64,000 bases of DNA from Perna viridis. Taxonomy: Eukaryota. Numbering within the stretch: position 1 is the first letter of the stretch; every line of letters starts with the position of its first letter. The stretch is taken from NCBI GenBank assembly GCA_037379345.1, contig CM074515.1, positions 7,564,001 to 7,628,000 on the forward strand, in the 5' to 3' direction. The notes under the pieces are model-generated. The model was not told where the DNA came from. It was given only the letters and a program-made list of their open reading frames with translations, and did not search any database. Positions 13,501-25,500 of this stretch are shown piece by piece. A program made the position numbers and the translations under genes.

Positions 13501-16500
13501 CCTCAAAAACAATACCATGACAACAACAAGAATTAGTAGCCCAGAAACAATAATACTTTATCTGTTAGTGTTGTATTATTATCTTACTTTAGATGAGTGG
13601 GAAGAATTAGATACCAGTGAATCCAGTTCTGATGAAATGTCTGTTGATATTGAGATGGATGAATCTAACAATACTTCAGTAAGGTTCTCATTTAACTTTT
13701 TAGTATGGTTTGTTGGTTTAAGAAATTATTGGAATATTTTTTATACCGTACTCTAAGAATGGATAGTATATTGGAACTACCTTGCAGGTCTGACCATTAT
13801 TCCATCAATCCAGATTTCGTCACAATTATGAATAGAATGATTTGGCTTTCTATAGATGTGGAATACATCGTAAGCCATTATTGTTTTTATCTGTTATCAA
13901 CTTCCAATTTGTTTTGGGGGGTATACCTAAAATGACAGTGGAACAGTTATTAATTCGTTCTTGAAGGTTGTTATACCAAAAAATACTGTGCATATACATT
14001 TTGTACACTTAAAATAGAAAAAAATACCACTGTTTTTGCAGTTGCCTGCTTTAATTCAAGTTGAGTTTGCAAATTTCATTGATACAGACATAGCAATCAT
14101 GGGTTACATAACAAAAACACAAACTTATCAAGTGGTTAATAGTTATATTAGTAACACGATGAACTATATCCATACGGAAATATTTCTCAGAATTGAAACC
14201 AGTTCAAGGGAGTATTGAAAAGGGAAGTCAAACTATTGTCATTACTGGTAATTTTTTTGTATAGATTCTTATTACTGTAGTTAAATAGCTGTGGCAGTCT
14301 TCTCTTTCTGAAATTTGATTTTTTCATTTATGTATAAATGTTTTACTTTATGGACTGTTGACCAAGGGCTTCAGTGATTTTCTTAAGTTGTTTTGGTTAA
14401 AAACTCTTTAATCCCCCTTATGTCACAGTACAAAATATAATCATGCACAAGACACCTATATTTGTCTCCCTTTCATTATTTACCATGAACTTTACTACAA
14501 TTGTTCTGCACCAAATTTGAAAATGGGTTTTGTTCCCCTTCTATAACATCATTTATACCCCCACTCAATAAATATGTGGTGTTTTTTAATCACCTTGTCT
14601 AGCTATCATTCCATCCATCAAAATTTCTGATTAATCTTCCTGTTTTGTTGGACTTTGCCATTTTTTTACGATATGGAATGATAAAGAAAAGTTTTGTTAC
14701 AAAAATCTTGGCTTCCACTGATACTGGAAAGATTAGTTTCAAAGAAATTGGTTTGGTAAGGGCAAAATTTTGCCTCAAAAACAAGGTCTACATGAAGAAA
14801 ATTTTATGCTGTTTCTCCAACTCTTTAATGTTTTATAATCGATTTGATTGATTTGTGGTAATAATTTGAACATATACGGTCATATGTGCCCTTCAAACTT
14901 GGCTGATATTAGGAAAATCTGTTTAAAAGGCTGGAAAGCACTTAATTTTGTGCAGTTTTCACTCTTTTAACAATGGCTATATGCGTGTTAACTATCATGC
15001 TTCATATATTTTGTGTATAATTGTCAGTTACAACTGACAAGGTCATCGATCAGGATCAAGTATGTATTTAGTACAGTGGATATTCCTATCAATTGCATAG
15101 AATCTCAAAGAATAAAAACATTTTCCATTTTATCCATGTAAAAAAATCCTCTTATTGGCATAATATAAGGCAAAAAATTAGAAAATTTTTCATATATGCA
15201 TAAATATTTTTCAAAATTTACTAAAAAATGTACCTAAATGGGTAAAACAAAACAATACATCATTAGTAAAATACCTCAGTTTTCTTAAGAAATTTGTTTT
15301 TGCAACAATATTTTCTCTTTCTTTTGACTAGACACTGAGGCATGACTCGAATTAGACATGAGGAAAGAATGTATCCCACTTTTTAAACATTGAAACCCTT
15401 GAAATTACAATTTCTTTTAATTGCATATGTTTTTTCAGACAAATAAATGATGCAATTAACTGGAATCCACTATACCAGTTTATTTTTTTTACTTAGTAAT
15501 GGCCTTTGGACTTGAAAAATTAATGCAAAAAATGTATTTTCAGTCAGTGCTGTCAGAATGCGTGTTGATTGATAAATATTTAATTTTAGCCAGAGGACAT
15601 TTCCAAGGACTTACAGAATGCTATAACATCAAACCATGTCTTCACAAAAGTGAGTAATAGAAAACCTATGTTTTTTTATGTAACAAGAGAACATCCATGT
15701 TCTATAAAGACCAAATTCAGAATACTGTACTATAATTATAATTAAAGATAGAACTTAAAAAGTAAATGTAGGTATTCTTAGAACAACAAAGTTTGATTCT
15801 TGCAAAATTATCTGAAGGTTAGAAAGTTAAAATTTTATTTGTAATATTTTATCCTTCACACTTGTTTATCTTAAATACTAAATCTAGTGAAAATATAGAA
15901 ATGTTGTTTGTTGTTTGTTATATATACAACTTTATTCCTTGGATTCTATAAAAGCATTTATTTTTGTCAGGTTAAAATTTCATGGTTTTGATCAATAACT
16001 GATACTGTGGGAATTATTTTTTGGTGGTATTAACATGATGAAAATATTTATTTTTAAAGGATTTTTAAATTTTTTTGCAACTTCTAATTTTGTTGATAAT
16101 TTTTATCCATGAAATAAATGAAAGTTAATGGTAACTATTTCTGCTTTAACAGATTTGACTTGTAAATTGAAAGATGCTGGATTGCAGATGTACTATTATT
16201 TAAAATAATTATTGAAATATAAATGAAATTTTGTTTGCCTCCTTGTCTTACTATCTACCACCATGGCGGTCTCATGGCAGTGAAGAGGATAGTGGACTCA
16301 TCCCTGGCTTGGTCATACCAAAGACTTTTAAATTGGTAGCCACTGCTTCTTTGTTGTAGACAAGATTAAGAGCTAGAAAGATGATTGGTTTGCTCAGAGT
16401 CAGTATAATATGTCTGTGTTAGGTGACTACCCTTTCTGAGAGTTGTTGCATCTGTGTGCTAGTACATTAAAATTTTGACTTGCAGGATTTTCATGTTCCA

Positions 16501-19500
16501 AGCAGTGTTTAATCAAACTAATACAGTATTTACTATTTACTATTGTAACATATTTTCAGGTATTACAGAAGATAGAACCAGTTAATGTCCTCCCATTGCT
16601 TGTTGGGATTAAAATTCAGAATGTAATTATAAAAAAGTAAGTCCACTCAGTGTATTGCTGTGGAAACTTGAATTTAGGGAGGTGGAGAGTCAGTTTTTTT
16701 TACATAACACAATAAGATTGCTGGGAATGGTTTCTGAAAAAGAGTGTGGAGTTGATGGTACTTTGTATAGTCATCCATGATAATAACATTCTATGAATGA
16801 ATTAGACAGCAAAATGAACAAAAGCATTTTGAGGATGTAAACATTTGTCAGGTGAACTAGACAGCCATTTTTAGAACCTGCTTTGGTTGGCCTGGTTGTT
16901 TTCTGGTCAATATAAATTATAATAGAAACACAGTTGACTTCTGCTCACACATTTTGTAGTAAATATTTAAGTTGAAATATTTTTATTGTAAGTCTTATTT
17001 TTTTTTCATACCCCAACACAGGAAGTATTATATGATTTCATCCCAAAAGTTGCATGTCCATCCTTCTGTCTGTTTACCAGATGGTAACTTGAGAAAGGAT
17101 TATTGAATTTTTTTAATTTTGCAAAATTGTTTAGTACTATATACAAGTGACAGTCAATTTTTGGCAAAATCCAAAATGTAGTTTTCTACTTTAAAACATT
17201 CGCAATCCCCCCTTTTTAATCATTATGATCATTATATTCAATGAATATCCTATTTTTATTTCTTTGACAGCTTTGAACAGTTACAAATTTATGCATTGCT
17301 GTGCTGTAGTAATATAGTAGGAACACTAGACATTGGATGCCTTGGTGGTCAGGATAATCTACATCATGTATGGAGTGGACTTGTGAAACTGTCCACATCT
17401 GATACTGGTGAGATTTTTTTAAAATTTGATTTTCAGCTATTTCTGTTAATATTTAGGATACAATAAAGAAAGGAAGAAATTCAAACTCCTTGGAGCCTCT
17501 TGTCATCTATAATCATATTCTTCAGATGAAAAGGATTTGAATGTCATTTATTTCATGTCTTTTTCAATTTAGTAATGACATGAGTTGTAATTTTCAGCAC
17601 TGAATGATCAGTATTTTTAGTACATGTACTACCTTTTAATATCATTATTTTTTTTCAGTTACAAGAAACTTGAGTTTGTTGGAGGCAGTAACCAGTTGTA
17701 TGAGAGCTGTAGTACAGAGACTTTCTGATGTCCAGTCACCTAAGGTAACTATCCTGCTGCCAGGTACAGACCTTTCAATATTGTCTTAATAATATCATAT
17801 TAGTGAAATGTTTGTAAAATAAAGTTTACAATTACCTTTTAGATTTAATTTTTGCGCATGGTAACTTTACAGGCAGTTAGTGACAAGGTTTCTATTTCTG
17901 TTGATACTCTGAAGTTTTCTTTATTTAACTGAAGGTACTAGTCAGTGATTCCAGTCTGTTACTGTATTCTTTCTTAGATTTTCCCTTTGATATTATTACT
18001 ACCAGTCAAGTGAATAATATATGACATCTTCATTCCATTGTGTTTGTCTTTGAAAGTCCAATATTTAGGTGCATACATTGATGAGATGTTATTCATTTTA
18101 AACATTTCTATTTCATTCCAGTTGTTAGATGTTACCTCTCAGGATCTTCAGTATCTGTATGAGGTAGAACAGAAGAGTCCTCTATCTGACATTAAAGTCA
18201 ATGTTGTTAGAATTGTGGCTACCATAGGATGTGTTTTTGCCAAGATTTCTGAACCTCATCCATTCCTAAAGGTACAAGTTCAGTAGGTTGTAATTTATAT
18301 TAGTGTTTAACAGTTTGTATCAATGAGTTTTGACCAACATTCTTTAAATGTTTTATGGAGTTTAAATGGTCATTTGATATTTACAACCTTAAAGGGCAAT
18401 ATTTTATAAAGGGAGATAACTCAATTCTTTTATTCAAATGCAGGAAGTATTTTCACATAGGCAATAGAACACAGATACTAGTAATTAAACAATTAAAATT
18501 ACAATGATGATTTTCTAGAATCAGAACATGGCAGTTCATATACATTAAAAACAATTGAACTGTCTTATTCTTAGGTGAACAGCTATGACTCATGTACTGT
18601 GCTTTAGACTTAAATTTTGTATGAATTTTTCATGCAGTTTCTGCATACATACAATTAAACAATAAGACATGTCCCAATATATGTGATTTGGTTAAATCTT
18701 TGTCAGGTACAAATGTTTATTACAGTGAAACAACAGCCATATTACATTTTCAAAATTTTTTTTAATTTATTTTATTCATTACTTACAGTAACTGAACCAA
18801 CTAAAATTGGAATTGGTCATTTTCCAATCAGTCATTGATCAGTCCATTAAATCAGTCATTGATCAGTCAAACCAATGCATTAAATCAGTCATTGATCAGT
18901 CAAACCAATCCATTAAATCGGTCATTGATCAGTCAAACCAATCCATTAAATCGGTTATAGCATAACGTGCCAACAGAGAGGTTAATGTATTTTAGCGATG
19001 CCATTGTTTCGTTTTTGAGATTATATTCATGTTTACATAATGCAATATATTTAAACATCATTTAATTATTCTTTTTTTATGTTTTTTTTAAAATTTTTAA
19101 CAAAGTACAACATGCGAATATAACATCTTAAAATTTAAGGTAAATTCAATATGGTAGTATATTGGATTCGTTCCAGTGAAAATTCTTAAATTCACATGAA
19201 CTGATCATCTATCATTTCACATAACAAAACTACAATCCGATTGGTTAGCTGTTACCAATCCATCAAATAGGGGATCCATTCAGGGACTGTATCAGTTCCT
19301 TTCAAAAACTTGCCATTTTATTTATGTTGTTTCGTTCTACAATTTTCTAACAATTGTTTTCTTGTTCTTACCTCAGAGATAGAAGTAATTTCATGTTAAT
19401 TTTTCTATAGTATGATTATACTGTAATGTTCCAATCTTGTTTTTATGGATATTTTGAGATGTTCCCTAATACTTCATAACACTGTGATGGTTCAATAGAG

Positions 19501-22500
19501 AAATTAATATAGAGTTATTTCTATCTCTGAGCTAAGAACAAGAAATAATTGTAAGAGAATTAAATGAAGACTAGTACTGAACAACATGAATAAAATGGCA
19601 AGTTTTTGAAAGTAAAAATAAATACAAAAAACGGCTGAGGTGAATTCGGGTATAAACCAAAGTGAAAAACCAGAAAACCTGTCCAAACCAGACACTGTTC
19701 AAAGTCCCATTATTTCAATTTAAATGTATTTTGAACCTGTCTAAACCAAACACCTGTTTAAACTGAACAAATTTTTAAGTTAAAAAAGGGGTTCAGACAG
19801 TTTTCACTGTACTTGATGAAAAATTTTTAAAAAAAGACTGACTTGCCTATCAAGACAATTCACAAAGGAAAAACTCTATTAAAAATGAACTTAAAGTGGA
19901 TTTTTACATAATTATTTTTATGACCCACAGCACAAGAAATTAGGATTCACAGTGTCCTGTCATAAGTCTGTCACACACTTAGTCTTCAAACTCAAACACA
20001 ATGACCACAAAATACAGGTAAACTCTGTATTATATAGTCACCACTCAGATGAAGATGTAACAGATATTACTCATCTTTTACAGGATGTAGGGATATTCTT
20101 GTTAGAGGTTTGTTGTAAAGAAGAGGATTTACGTGTGATTGCGGAATCTCTTGATGCCATGTTTGATGTATTTGGCGAGGATCATTTAGACCCTATAGTT
20201 AGAGATATTCAAATGGTTGATAGATTAAATTCACTGCTTCCTACCCTTAAGAAGCAGGTAATGTAGTCATTCATAGAAATAAAAAATTTAAATTTGAATG
20301 TCCTATTAAAATGAACTAAAAGATAGTCCTTTTGATACGTCTTGTTACTCTTGTTCATATGTAGTTTTTTGTTTATAAAATTGCTATTTTTTGTAATGTT
20401 AAACCTAACTTGTAAGAGTAACTTGTACTAAACTTATCTCTATGAAAATCTAGTTATGTACATGATGTCTCTCTGGGTAACCAATGGTAGTTGGCCTATT
20501 ATCCACTTGACTAATGTCTGTCCATCTGTCAAGCTTAGGGGTATATGCTTTGTGTAATCTGTCCATCAGTCAAGCTTAGGGGTACATGCTTTGTGTAATC
20601 TGTCCATCTGTCAAGCTTAAGGGTACATGATGTGTGTAATCTGTCCATCTGTCAAGCTTAGGGGTGCATGCTTTGTGCAATCTGTCCATCTGTTAAGCTC
20701 AGGGGTACATGATGTGTGTAATCTGTCCGTCAAGCTTAGGGGTACATGCTTTGTGTAATCTGTAATTCAATCAATATATTTTGACTCCTCTCTTCCTACA
20801 TGGACACCATAACTTGTTGAACTTTAACAATTTTTTATCACTTTATGGTGATTGGGGGATTCATGCTTTTTGTCATCTCTAACTCAATTAGTATAGAGCC
20901 TTCATTATTCAAACATTACACAGTGTTGAAACAGATGTTGAAGGATACACTTCCTATGGAGGACAAATGTGACAAATATTACCCCTTTAATTTAGCCATT
21001 TTCAGCGGTATATGCTATAAGTTCATACTTTGTACTGCACACTATTGTTTATAAATTTGCATAGTGTTTATGTATGTATTGAGACATGTGCTTAAAAACA
21101 AATTGCAGTGACAAAGGTCCAGGCATGTTAGTTGTCTTGTTCCTTGACTAAGGTCGTCTTGTTTCTTGAAGAAATTCCAGGCATGTTATCGATTTAGTCC
21201 TGACACAGGTCCAGGCATGTTATTGATTTTATTCCTCAACGAAGGTCCAGACATGTTATTTGTCTTGTTCCTTGTCCAAGGTCAAAACATGATATTGGTC
21301 TTGTTCCTTTACGAAGGTCCGAACATGTTATTGATCTTATTCCTCAACAAAGGTCCAGACATGATATTTGTCTTGTTCGTTGACGAAGGTCCAGACATGT
21401 TATTTTGTCTTGTTCCTTGATGAAAGTTTGGACATGTTATTGATCTTGTTCCTTGATGCAGGTCCAGACATGTTACTGATCTTGTTTCTTGATGGAGGTC
21501 CAGACATGTCATTATCTTGTTTCTTGATGGAGGTCCAGACATATCATTGATCTTGTTCCTTGATGAAGGTCCAGACATGTCATTTGTCTTTTTCCTTGAT
21601 GAAGGTCCAGACTTGTCATTGGTCTTGTTCCTTGATGAAGGTCCAGACATGTCATTGATCTTGTTCCTTGATGGAGGTCCAGACATGTTATTTGTCTTGT
21701 TTCTTGTCCAAGGTCAAAACACGATATTGGTCTTGTTCCTTTATGAAGGTCCGAACATGTTATTGATCTTATTCCTCAACAAAGGTCCAGACATGTTATT
21801 TTGTCTTGTCCCTTGATGAAAGTTTAGACATGTTATTGATCTTGTTCCTTGATGCAGGTCCAGACATGTTACTGATCTTGTTTTTTGATGGAGGTCCAGA
21901 CATGTCATTGATCTTGTTCCTTGATGGAGGTCCAGACATGTTACTGATCTTGTTTCTTGATGGAGGTCCAGACATGTCGTTATCTTGTTTCTTGATGGAG
22001 GTCCAGACATGTTACTGATTTTGTTCCTTGATGAAGGTCCAGACATGTCATTAGTCTTGTTTCTTGATGAAGGTCCAGACATGTCATTTGTCTTTTTCCT
22101 TGATGAAGGTCCAGACTTGTCATTGGTCTTGTTCCTTGATGAAGGTCCAGACATGTCATTGATCTTGTTCCTTGTTGAAGGTCCAGACATGTATGTCATT
22201 GATCTTGTCCCTTGGTGAAGGTCCAGACATGTCATTGGTCTTGTTTCTTGATGGAGGTCCAAACATGTCATTGGTCTTGTTCTTTGATGATGGTCCAGAC
22301 ATGTTATTTGTATTGTTCTTTGATGATGGTCCAGACATTTTATTGATCTTGTTCCTTGATGATGGTGTAGACATGTTATTCGTCTTGTTCCGTGGTGATG
22401 GTCCAGACATGACATTGATCTTGTTCCTTGATGAAGGTCCAGACATGTCATTGATCTTGTTCCTTTATGATGGTCCTGACATATCATTGATCTTGTTCCT

Positions 22501-25500
22501 TGATGAAGGTCCAGACATGTCATTGATCTTGTTCCTTGATGAAGGTCCAGACAAGTTGTTTGTCTTCTTCCTTGATGAAGGTCCAGACAATGTTATTTGT
22601 CTCCTTTCTTGATGAAGGTCCAGACATGTCATTGGTCTTGTTTATTGATGAAGATCCAGACATTTTATTTTGTCTTGTTTCTTGATGAAGGTCCAGACAT
22701 GTTATTTTGTCTTCTTTCTTGATGAAGGTCCAGACATATCATTGGTCTTGTTCCTTGAAGAAGGACCAGACATATTATTTGTCTTGTTCCTTGATGAAGG
22801 TCCAGACATGTTATTTGTCTTGTTCCTTGGTGAAGGTCCAGACATGTTATTTGTCGTATTCTTCTATGATGGTCCAGACATGTTATTGGTCTTATTCTGC
22901 GATGATGGTCCAGACATGTTATTTGCCTTGTTCCTTGATGATGGTCTTGTAACTAAGGCCCAGATGCATTAATGGTCTTGTGTTTTGACAAAGGTCTCGT
23001 TGCTTGACAAAGGTCCAGACATGTTATGGGTCTTGTTCCTCGATGAAGATCTTGCTTTTTGAATAAGTCCAGACAGGTTAATAATCTTGTTTGCTTTTAC
23101 CAGTATTAAGCTTAGAATATGAGAAGGAATGTTTTGTTAATGTTTATAAATCAGAATATCTGCTATGGCATGTTACAGAAACATGAAAACAGCTTTTGAC
23201 TAGGGATATTTATTTGAAAAGGAAAGATTTTTTGACAATGTTTATATCTTTATTTTGTGCATGCTTATTCCGAGTTATTTTCTGCATATTGCACATTGAA
23301 ACTTGTGTAAACCATATCCCTGTTGGTGGAGGGTTAGTTCAGATGTTTGGTTTACTGAGGCTCAAAATACATTAAAATTCAGAAAAAATTACTTCAGAAA
23401 ACAATGCTTGTCTTACGTATCATTAATCATTTGGCAGTATCTATGTAGACATTGGTTTTATTGATTTTTATCATGTATAAATATTTATGAGAAGAATCAA
23501 AATAAAAATATGAAATGTGATTCACCATCACGATTTAATGGTTGTTGACCTGTATAGTTGTTCCTGTTCAGAATACTTAAAGACTGTAACATTAATCAAA
23601 CAGGTGTCTAAAGACTTCCTGATACCATTTAAAACCAGTTTAGCCCTGATATAACAGCCCTTATCTGTGTATTTGCAAGTTAGGCTGTAGAGTGGTATTA
23701 TCATTTTATATTCACAGAAAAAACTTCGGCCAGGTAAGCAATTGCCATCACTTGGGGTCGTTCGTCGCCTGTCATCATCATTCGTCGTTGTCGTCGTTAA
23801 CAATTTTTCAAAACTCTTCTCCTCTGAAACTACTTGACCAATTTAAACCAAACTTGGTTTATCCTTGGGGTATCCTGCATAGATCCGATGTGGGGATATT
23901 TGATCCATTGAAAACATGGCCACCATTACTAAAAATAGAACATAGGGGTCAGACAGTAGTTTTTCGCATATATCTCCAAACCATTTGGTTTAGCTAAATT
24001 CTGACATGGGTGAAAGTGTTCAGCATGATGAGATCTGTCTGCTGTCAAATTTTCATTTTAATCCATTAAGCCATGTTGGAGTTGTTTCCCCTTTTCAACA
24101 TTTTTTTGCTATTCTTTCAAAAATCTTCTCTTCTGACACTACTTTACCAATTGAAACCAAACTTGGTATGAATGTTCCTTGGGGTATCCTGCAAAGAAGG
24201 CTACAAACCACTAATTCAGATTCCCATTACTCTCTTTGTTAATTTGCTCATTTTCAGGGAATCCTCAGTAGTTTACCTTAAGGTTAACCTAACCAAAACC
24301 ATATATCACCTGAAACATACACATGTACTGCTATGTCACTCAAAATTTCACAAAGGGGTTTACTTCCTTGCAGTGAAGCAGTGACACTGGGAACTCATCT
24401 ACCCTAAAAATAGCCTGGGGAATCCAAAAAATTCTTTATTTATAACATCTTTATTTATAGTTCCACCAAATTAGTTTATTTAAGTTTGAGGTGGCATACT
24501 TTGGGCTCAAAAGTATCAGAATAAAATTCCCTTTATGTAAAAAGTTCATTCATTTAAAAATATTTTCAACTTTTTTATAATGGCTTACTAAAGGGACTAC
24601 TTTGTACCTTGGCGTAGGACTTTTTTTTGTTCCAAATTGATCATGCAATTGATGGTCTGTGGCCAGAACTGATGTGGGGATAATTGATTTGTCGAAAAAC
24701 ATGGCCACCATTACTAAAAATATAACATAGGGGTCAAACAGTATTTTTTCGCATATATCTCCAAAACGGTAAGGTTTAGCTAAAGCCTGACTGGGTGAAA
24801 ATATTCAGCATGATGAGATCTATCTGCTGTCAAATTTTTATTTTAACCATCAAGCCATATTGGAGTTATTGTCCTTTTATCAATGTTTTTTGCAATTTTT
24901 AATGTTATTTCTTTCAAAAATCTTCTCTGACTACTTTACCAATTGAAACCAAACTTGGAACGAATGTTCCTAGGGGTATCCTGCATAGAACTGATTTCGG
25001 GATTTTCGATTCATCAAAAACATGGTTGCCATTACTAGAAATATAACATAGAGGTCAGGCAGTAGTTTTTTGCATATATCTCCAAAAACGTTATGTTTAG
25101 CCAAATTCTTTCAATAGTAGAAATGATCCTTATTTTTAGGACTACAAAAGTCTTCAGGCATTAAAGTTATCAGATGACTCCTTATAAGAGTTATTGCCCT
25201 TGAAAGGGGAAAATGACAGGTTTTGTTTTGTTTACAGTTTTCAGCTAATGTCTTAAACACCATGATAGATAGAAACTCATTTGCTGAAATGATCCTTATG
25301 ATAAGTCCTATCAAAGTTTGATTTGACAACTTCTTGTTTAATTTATTGCCCTTGAAAGGCAAAATTCAACCAGGTGAGCAATTCAGGCTCCTGGGAGCCT
25401 CTTGTTTTTATATAGCTGTGAATTACAGAAGACAGTGTAATTATGTAATTATCTGATTTCCCAACTCAACTATTTCACTAGCCAAAGAAGATAAGGTGTA

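Noticed and set aside
11990-13553. CRISPR-like array or mucin-like coding repeat (TTTRISNSETIP)
   Set aside because: No unique spacers, no cas genes, eukaryotic intron; the 38-bp units break the frame and introduce TGA.
15544-15649. Longer HEATR3 exon using the AG at 15543
   Set aside because: Gives a phase incompatible with the next exon; the 15590 acceptor keeps the frame.
21166-22972. Many repetitive ORFs (FLDEGPDM..., MSGPSSRNK...)
   Set aside because: By-products of a 36-bp satellite; frames shift freely and there is no splice-site or domain support.
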